From the NCBI RefSeq assembly GCF_009914755.1, contig NC_060938.1: 64,000 nt of DNA, one strand, 5' to 3'. Below are positions 55,130 through 64,000 of this stretch, one piece after another. Position numbers and translations under genes: made by a program. Positions within the stretch are counted from its first letter, which is position 1. The number at the start of each line of letters is the position of its first letter. The notes beneath the pieces are model-generated. The model did not search any database. It was not told the DNA's origin and saw nothing but the letters and a program-made list of their open reading frames with translations. The stretch comes from the human T2T-CHM13v2.0 reference genome, Homo sapiens.

Positions 55130-56394
55130 TACTGACAGGAGAGCTCAGTGGCTAGGCCAGAGAGGGATTCATCTACCATGGGGTTAATAGTTCCATGCAG
55201 AGGTGGCCTTAATATAGCACCAAGGAGCAAGGTGCCAGGCTGAAAGGACCAGAAGGGGACAGGTAGAAGATGAGATGGGGTTGGGTGCTGGGGGTTCAGG
55301 AGCCGTCTTGTGGATACAGCCCATCTGAGATAAAGTTTCTCTTAGCCTAGGCCAGGAAGGCCTCTCCAGTTTTGGAACATATTTTAACAGCACCAGAACT
55401 GCCCTGGCAAACGTCTGACTCTATCAATTTGTTCAAGACAAAGGGTTTGGGGTTTTTTTTTTTTTTAATCTTTTCACCCACATCCATCCACAGCACAAAA
55501 TTTTGAAATTCATGATTCTGGACCACAGCTTCTCTCCCTACCTTGAGCACTAACAGTGTTTTTGGTATCTTTACCCCTGTTTTAGGTTCCAGCATTCTAA
55601 ATTTTGCCCATCCTATCAAAATCTAGAAAGGCCCTGCAATCATTTATTTAATCTATTAGTGTGTCTTAAAGCCAACGAGTTACTTTTCCCAGGTATATTT
55701 CATCTTACTTTCTTCTACGTCTCCAATTGTGAAATGACTTGCTCTCCTAATAATGGAATTTCAAGCATCAGAGAGTATAAAGCAGGTGTGTGCAGGAAGC
55801 AGAACAGCTCTCCCTAACCTTCACCACCATCATATTACATGGAGTTTAGACTCAATAACTAAATCTAATTCAGAATTGCAGCCAACTGGTTGAAAAAATG
55901 AGTGAAGCTTATCTTCTTTTAAAATTATATTCATCTGACTGAATATTTTTTCTAGAACTACAATAGAAACATAGATTTTTAAAAGTTATTCCCTGAGTTC
56001 AGAAGACATCTTTTCTGATAGTTCACTAAAAACATGGGTTGTCCTTTGCTCTGTGACGAAGGCTGCCAGAAGTCCTTGCAGTTTGCCACTTTCAGAAATG
56101 GTCCTTTATCTCTTCTGAGCATGGGGATGTTCAAAGGCCCATTTCTCCTGCCAGACAGCAGCCTAAGCACAGAGGAAAAAACAATTTGGAAACCAAACTA
56201 CTGGCTAGAGAGCACAGCATCCCAAGAGCAGTTTTTCCAGGCACAGCTAGCATATCATTCTAGTGTGGAGGTGGAACAGGATGGCAGAGGGTTTTTGAAA
56301 GTTTTCTTCATGTTACTTTTTATACTTTTTATCGAAGTATTTTCTAGGTGTACAGAAATACACAAATCATAAGGGCACAGCTCACATTTTGTTT

Positions 56395-56843
56395 TTTGGG
56401 TTTTTTTGTGCAATTTTTCTTTATTATACTTTAAGTTCTAGGGTCCATGTGCACAACGTGCAGGTTACACATGTATACATGCGCCATGTTGGTGTGCTGC
56501 ACCCACTAACTCGTCATTTACATTAGGTGTATCTCCTAATGTTATCCCTCCCCCTTCTCCTCACCCCACGACAGGCCCCGGTGTGTGATGTTCCCCCTCC
56601 TGTGTCCAAGTGTTGTCATTGTTCAATTCCCACCTATGAGTGAGAATATGCAGCGTTTGGTTTTCTGTCCTTGCGATACTTTGCTGAGAATGATGGTTTC
56701 CAGATTCACCCATGTACCTGCAAAGGACATGAACTCATCCTTTTTTATGGCTGCATAGTATTCCATGGTGTATATGTGCCACATTTTCTTAATCCAGTCT
56801 ATCATTGATGGACATTTGGGTTGGTTCCAACTCTTTGCTATTG
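56395..56843 (-). mobile_element. 5'-truncated L1PA5-like element inserted in an older L1M (~56310-57370)
   Basis: Antisense L1PA 3' end (ORF track ...IFSLIGGN); 22-bp TSD GGGCACAGCTCACATTTTGTTT at 56373-56394 and 56844-56865. Confidence 0.92.
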
Positions 56844-57765
56844 GGGCACAGCTCACATTTTGTTTAAAAACTGAAGAAACCCAGGTATCTAGCACCCATA
56901 TCAACAAACAACATATTAGTGAATTAGTACTTCATGAACCACTCAGAAATAAATCATTATCTTGATTTCTAAAACTATAGCTTATTTTGTTCATTTTTGA
57001 AATGCATATAAATGAAATTAATCAATATATACCCTTTTTTCTAGTTGGCTGGCTTCTTTCACTCAGTATTATCTTGTGAGATATTGTTGTATGTAACAGT
57101 AGTTCATTCATTCTTATTGCAGTATAATCTACTTTTAAATGAACATACCACAATTTATTTTTCATGCTATCACAAATGGCCATTTGGGTAGTTTCTAGCT
57201 TGAGACTACTACCAATGGTACTGTTATGAACTTTCTGATACATGTCTTTTGGTGAACATACGTATGCATTTTGGTTGGGTATATATGTCTAGGGGTAAAA
57301 TTGCAGGCTTATGGAGTATGCATATTTATATTTAACTTCAGTAGATATTGTCAGACCATTTTCAAAGCCTTAGAGAACAATTGATAATAGAGTCACAGAT
57401 TCAGAATAAATTCTGGAAATGCAATGAGCACATTCCCTGGTCTTTGGCTGACTTGCATTAACATTGACTCCACTGGGCACAAATCTCTTATTAAAGAAGG
57501 TACACACCCCCTCTCCATACTTCCTTTTCTAATCATAACTTGGTAAAAAAGCAGCCATGAAATTACCCCAAGGTAGAGATGTTGTCTTTTTACAAGCCCC
57601 TAAACTCCTGGCCCCAAGCTGGCCATGTAGTAGACAACAGTCTGAAATGCTAGAAAACAGAGACCAGAGTTGGGCTCAGTCACCCACTAGCCAGACTTTT
57701 AGCTTCTCATTTAGCCTGAGTGTCTTTGTAAATGGAACTTGCCCAAGACTTGACAAAAATGGGAT

Positions 57766-58224
57766 TATATTAGTTTCTTAGGGTTGCCATAACAAAGTAC
57801 TACAAATTAGTATGCTTAAAATAAGTGAAATATATTATCTCACAATTCTGGAGGCCAGATGTCCAGAATCAAGGTGTCTGCAGGCTGGTTCCTTTTGGAG
57901 GCGCTAAGGAAGAATCTGTTGCATGCCTCTCTCCTACCTTCTGGAGGGTGCTGGCACCTCTTGACATTCCTTGGCTTGCAGCTGCATAACTCCAATCTCT
58001 GCCTACATCATTACGTGGACTTCTTCCCTGTGTGTCCCTCTCTCTGTGTGTCCTCTCCTCTTCTTATAAGGATCTCAGTCATATTGGATTTAAGAACCCT
58101 CCTAATTCAGTAGGACCTCATCTTAATCTAATTAAATCTTCAAGGACCTTATTTCCAAATAACAACACATTCTGAGGTTCTGGCTTGCCACGAATCTTGG
58201 CGAGACACTATTCAACCTGGTACA
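57766..58224 (-). mobile_element. MLT1C-like MaLR solo LTR
   Basis: TATTAGTTTCTTAGGGTTGCCATAACAAAGTAC...TCAAGGTGTCTGCAGG...; TSD GGGAT/GGGAC. Confidence 0.85.
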
Positions 58225-58296
58225 GGGACAGCCAATAAATTCTAATAATTATTATTATGTACTATTTTTGTTATTTGACTGATGGATGGAGGGACC

Positions 58297-58490
58297 TTTC
58301 ATTCATTAACTCTACAAATATTTGTTGAGTGCCTACTATGTGCTGGGCACAGTTATAGCTGATGGTCACACACTCCCTGCTTCCATGAAGGTTATATGCT
58401 AAGGGAGTGGGAGGGAGATAAACAATCTGTCAACAGCCATGTAACTTGTCAGATGGTGAGGAGCACTAAGAAGAAAAGGAAAGCAGGAAA
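58297..58490 (-). mobile_element. L2 3' end
   Basis: TTCATTCATT...CAAATATTTGTTGAGTGCCTACTATGTGCTGGGCAC. Confidence 0.75.
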
Positions 58491-59424
58491 AGCGTATCTA
58501 AGCATTCTGACTTTGTTTCCTCCATTCTATTTTGTATGAGACCTTCTCCTGCTTTGGGGCTTTGTTGTTGTTGTTATTGTTTTTGTTGTTGTCTCAGCCC
58601 TTTGTGGCGTTCTTCGCAAAAGATGACATGAATTTTTCTATCTCAAAATGGGAAAACCCATTCCAGATAGCATTTTCCATTACAGTGGAATAATTAATTA
58701 TGATTATTCCTTAAACTAGAGACCTGTATAACTGAGGAAATTGTTTCAAATGAAAGAATAGCTCACAGGGTAGGAGGTAAATCGAATTTCACAAGTGATA
58801 ATAAGAGAGAGCAAAAAGAGGGCAGCTATGTATCAGGCCACATGAATCATTCACTATAAATCCAGATGTTCGTGAAATGAAAAACAGGCCAAGTCCATGA
58901 CCTTGTGAACTGATGTAAGAACTAGTTAAAATATGATGGGAGAATAAATATCGTGGAAATATTTTTCAAGTCATGAAAAGGCCATTTATCTGTCACCTAA
59001 AACATGTAAGAGATATAAAAATATTAAAGATTTTATTTTGAGCTGCCATCAAAGTACTTAAATTTTTTAGCAACCAAAGTTTCAATTATTATAAATCAGT
59101 AGCACAGCATGAGTGGCTTGTTATATCATTGTAGAGAGAAAAACACTTTGTTAAGCTCGTTTCCAAGGAAATGAAACGCTTTTCAGACATGTCATTAATG
59201 CTCATAAAATCCCCTGGAGCCAAGTAGAGGGCAGATGTTATTTTTCAGAATGGTCACAGACCATCAATAGAAGGAAATTTCATTTAATTGTTTGAGTATT
59301 TATTTGCTTACTTGTACTTCAAGGGACCTATTTAAGAAAGGAGACTGAGGTGATCTGTATTATTTAAAATATATCAAACAACATACAGAGCATTTGCACT
59401 TTAAAAAAAAAAAAAAAGGGAAGG

Positions 59425-59764
<340 letters not shown>

Positions 59765-60897
59765 TTAACCTATCACAAACAGAAGCAACACATCAGTAAA
59801 GTAGAAACTTTCTCCTCCTATAAATTCATGAATCAAAGAATCCTGAACCCCCACAGCTCCTCCTGAGTTTGTACCAGCCCAGACTTTATTTCCATACCTT
59901 ATTTTCTACACAACCCAGAACACTGCTAGTGCCCCAATATTCCACCCCAACCTCCCGTTTTTGCCCCCTCTCCTACCCACTACACTTCCATTCTATATTT
60001 CTAAATCCCACATTTCTCTTCATCTTCCTTGCATTGCTCCATTTCCTTTCTGGATACATAAACCACTCTTCTTATCCTCTTCCCATCACTACCATTTTCT
60101 GGGAAATGACGTCCCTGCCTACCATGCATTCCCAGCTTCTGTTCTCATTCTTCACATTGAAACCCCCTGCTCCTAATCTGCTTACCCTACTTCTAGTCTT
60201 GCAAGTCTCCCCTACCTGTCCAGGGAAGTAGAGGTCATTCTGAATGCACAAAACGCAGCAACAGTAGTCAGGTTCTCACAGCTCTTCTTCCTATGATAGG
60301 TACAACTATGAGTCTATGAGGCCTAAAAGACAATTCTGAATTCCTCAGTGTGTTCATTCACAGAATCACTCCTTAAGGAAATATCTATTGAGCAGTGTTG
60401 GGTGAGAAATTCCCATGACACAATGGTAGTCCCCAAGTACACTACCTGACAAGCTCTCCCAGAGGTCATGGAACAGAAAGGCTCTCAGACCACATGAAAA
60501 TGCTTATATCATATGGTTCATTACGTCAATTTAAAGCACATAGTGAGTAGCAAGGGGAAAATACATGGTGTAAATTATCACACATACGACAGAATGAAAG
60601 CAGGTGGAAGAACTATACAACCTAAATTCTGGGTTTTGCCTTTTCCACCAATGGTATTATTGTGAGGGCCAGAGTTGAGGTTTGAGCAAGAGGACCCAAC
60701 AGACAAAGGTGCCAGGGGTCAAGAACACGTACATTTGCTCTATCAGATAGACCCAGGAGCAAGTCCACTTGGGTAACTTGACAGTTACCCTATTGAGCAG
60801 CCATGAATTATATCTGTACCTCTTGGGTAGAAGACACATGGGGACAAATGGGTGTGACAATGGGGATTCAAATTAAGACATTATAAATATTCAGTAC

Positions 60898-61205
60898 TGA
60901 GACAGCCGGGTGGGAGGGGTTCCCTGGCAAAATGCCAGCTGGCCTGCACACTGAGAGGAATGCACACTGGAGTGGAACCACAGAGGTTCCTGCCATTTGC
61001 AGCGGGGAGGAGCCTGGCCCCTCCTCTTCCTGTGTGGACCTGGGATTCAAACTGTGGGTGGGAAGTGCTCTAGCAGGGACTCTGGCCTTGCAGAGGATCC
61101 TGTTTTCCCTTTTCCCCCCTTTTTACCCAATAAAACCCAGCTTTACACACCCTTCAACGGACAAGGACCCTATCTTCAGCTGAACTAAGGAAAAGTCCTG
61201 CAACA
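60898..61205 (+). mobile_element. MER61-like ERV1 solo LTR
   Basis: TGAGACAGCC...GGGGAGGAGCCTGGCCCCTCCTCTTCC...CTGAACTAAGG...CAACA; 4-bp TSD GTAC. Confidence 0.82.
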
Positions 61206-62904
61206 GTACCTCATGTGTATTTACTGTGTCATGAATATTTAGTAACTACTTGGTCCTTCCACCTCTTTTTGTCTGCATTCACACATGCTCTACTTATTTG
61301 TCGACAAGCTACTTGTTATCTGTGCTGAACACATCTTACAAGTTTTATCCATTCTATTTGTTTCCTTCTATAGCAGAATTGAATATTCTCAAACAATATA
61401 GCAAAATGTGCATTGGAGCAGCTACTATGTTTCAAACTCTGGGGACAGGAAGAAAATTAGAGCAATGGCACAGCAGAGAGCAAGCACCTGGGGAGGCAGG
61501 CAGCAAGAACATCCGGAGGAGTTGATATCTGCCCTGAAACTTAAAGCTGAGTCAGACCTGACTGGGGAAAGCAGAGGGTTACAGCATTTCAGACAGGAGA
61601 GGGACGATGTGAGCAAAGGTACTAAGTAGTGAAACACCAGGATACCTGGGAAAAACTAGAGAATCATGCAAAAGTGCAAAACGTGTTCATGGCCAATGGG
61701 GCTGAAGAGGAGGCAGGGAGGCCTGGCAGGGAGAAACTGTGCATTCAAGCTGGAGTTTGGACTTTATCCTGGAAAAGATAGGCAGCTACAGACAACGGCA
61801 GCAAGCCTGGGCCATTCCCAGTGGGTCTTGGTGACGGAGGCTTCAGGCTGAGGAAGTGGTGGGAATCCAATATGGTTGGGAGACAGGCGGGGACAGACAG
61901 GGACTGGGCGCCATGTCTTGGGGAGTGGAGGAGCATGGTTCAGCACCAGCCCCTTTCCCCTCATACTTTCTGCTGTTGATGGAGCTGTGTGGGCTTTGTT
62001 TGTCAGAACTGTCTCAAAGTAAATGAAGCGGGTTTCACCTCCTTCCTTTCCAGCAGCTGATGGATGATCTCAGGCAGTGGTACCCACATTGGACACTATG
62101 TCATTCCACATTACTGGTCCTGCCTGGCTTCTTGAGGAATGGGGCCAACTCAACTCAGTTTTGATTTCACAAAGGGGCCTCTTTGCTCCACTCATTACAG
62201 ATAAGCCCCTTTTCTGAGCCCCTTTTCAACCAATGCTGATTAGGCTGTATTTATATTTGTAATAAAAGGGTAAACATGTCCAAATGTCTTCAAATATCCA
62301 CAGACAGAATCATCAGAAACTAGCTAGTCTAACTTGAAACTCCTAACCTATAACCTGGGGGCAAGGAGGGGTGGCAGGAAAGAAAAAACTATATATCTGC
62401 GAATTATAAACTATGTGCTTCTTAGTTCTCAACACAAGCTCAAATTCCAATGGGCTGATCCATTCTCTCATTCATTCACTCACCATTCTTTGAGCCGCTA
62501 CTCTGTGAGCAGCACAAGTATGTGGGTACCAGGAGACAAACAGGGTTTGAAATGTAAGCAACCAGAAGCTAATCTATGGAAAAATGTTTTCAGCCATCAT
62601 ATGTGTAAAATTCTAAGGAGGGGAAATGTAGAGGGCAACATATTAGGACAGCATGTCAGGCAGCTAATCAAAAAAATATTCAGTTACTTTTCTGCATTAT
62701 TACGATACGTATGGTAGTTGCCAGCACTTATAAAAGTGTAATATTGTGTGACTTCTTTTCTTATGCTAAATAAGTATTCACTTTCATATTTAATTTCTAA
62801 GTGGGCCCTGAAAACTGCACTAACAGGCCTCGTAGTGGACTGGTCTACAGCCTGGGGCTTGGGGACTCCTAGACTAAGGGAAGCAGATATACCAGAAACT
62901 TTTG

Positions 62905-64000
62905 TTATTGTTGTTTTTTTGTTTTGTTTTTTTTCTTTTAAGTTCAGGGGTACATGTGCAGGATGTGCAGATTTGTTACATAGGTAAACGTGTATCATGT
63001 CCCTGCAAAGGACATGATCTCCTTCCTTTTTATGGCTGCATAGTATCCATGGGGCATATGTACTACATTTTCTTTATCCAGCCTATATTGATGGGCATTT
63101 AGGTTGATTCCATGCCTTTGCTACTGTGAATAGTGCTGCAATGAACATACGTGTGCATGTGTCTTTATAACAGAACAATTTATATTCCTTTGGGCATATA
63201 CCCAGTAATGGGATTGCTGGGTCAAATGGTATTTCTATCTCTAGGTCTTTGAGGAATCGCCACACAGTCTTCCACAATGGTTGAACTAATTTACACTTCC
63301 ACCAACAGTGTAAAAGTATTCCTTTTTCTCCACAACCTCTCCAGCCTCTGTTATTTTTTGACTTTTAGTAATAGCCATTCTGACTGGTGTGAGATGGTAT
63401 CTCATTGTGGTTTTGATTTGCATTTCTCTAATGATCAGTGATGTTGAGCTTTTTTCCATGTTTGTTGGCCGCATGTATATCTTCTTTTGAGAAGTGTCTG
63501 TTCATGTCCTTTGCCCACTTTTTAATGGGGTTGTTTTTTTCTTGTAAATTTGTTTAAGTTCTTTATATATGCTGGATATTAGACCTTTGTCAGATGCATA
63601 GATTTCAAAAATTTTCTCCTATTCTGTAGATTGTCTGTCTACTCTGTTGGTAGTTTCTTTTGCTGTGCAAAAGCTCTTTAATTAGATCCCATTTGTCAAT
63701 TTTTGCTTTTGTTTCAATTGCTTTTGGCATCTTTGTCATGGAATCTGTGCTTGTGCCGATGTCCTGAATGGTATTGCCTAGGTTTTCTTCTAGGGTTTTT
63801 ATAGTTTTGGGTTTTACATTTAAGTTCTTAATCCATCTTGAGTTGGTTTTTATGTATGGTGTAAGGAAGGGGTCCATTTTCAATTTTCTGCATATGGCTA
63901 GCCAGTTCTCCCAACACCATTTATTAAATAGGGAATCCTTTCCCCATTGCTTGCTTTTGTCAGGTTTGTTGAAGATCAGATGGTTGTAGGTGTGCAGCCT
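62905..64000 (-). mobile_element. L1PA (PA10-13-like) 3' portion running off the window, with an internal 3'UTR deletion
   Basis: Antisense ORF2 C-terminal fragments ([36 protein letters not shown]); T-rich tail ~62905-62940. Confidence 0.9.

Noticed and set aside
55358-55636. Possible short TIRs (AGGCCTCTCCAGTTTT / AAAATCTAGAAAGGCCCTG) of an old hAT MITE
   Set aside because: Match is short and imperfect, no TSD is evident and I cannot assign a family
60898-61205. p53 response element in the MER61-like LTR
   Set aside because: No paired RRRCWWGYYY half-sites seen in this copy

Overview
Primate (human-like) genomic DNA; I recognise no host protein-coding exon. The main host feature is a CpG island at ~5430-6650 with divergent splice donors: a minus-strand first-exon candidate ending at 5083 and a plus-strand donor at 6085. 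This suggests the 5' end of a minus-strand gene (1-5082 would be intron 1), a possible divergent lncRNA, and ~57 kb of upstream DNA. The rest is mostly repeats: nine Alus, a full-length but disabled L1PA3 (19874-26049) inserted in an AluSc poly(A) tail, older L1s, solo LTRs (MER50B-, LTR15-, MER61-, THE1C-, MLT1C-like), an MST provirus, DNA transposons (MER75, MADE2, MER2 x2, MER1B, Tigger2a, MER96B, MER81), and L2/MIR fragments. Three structures are not explained by these repeats. (1) A gap-free 191-bp inverted repeat (178/191 identical; 1041-1231 vs 2578-2768) encloses a candidate cassette exon plus MER75 and MADE2. (2) An older ~130-bp inverted repeat (37038-37170 vs 38382-38510) encloses a Tigger2a. 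(3) A split direct duplication lies at 46.3/47.1/47.8 kb. The L1PA3 keeps its ZNF93-binding segment, an open extended ORF0 facing the minus-strand gene, and an ORF2 stop just after an intact endonuclease domain. Repeat subfamily names are from recall of consensus sequences, and alignments were counted by hand.
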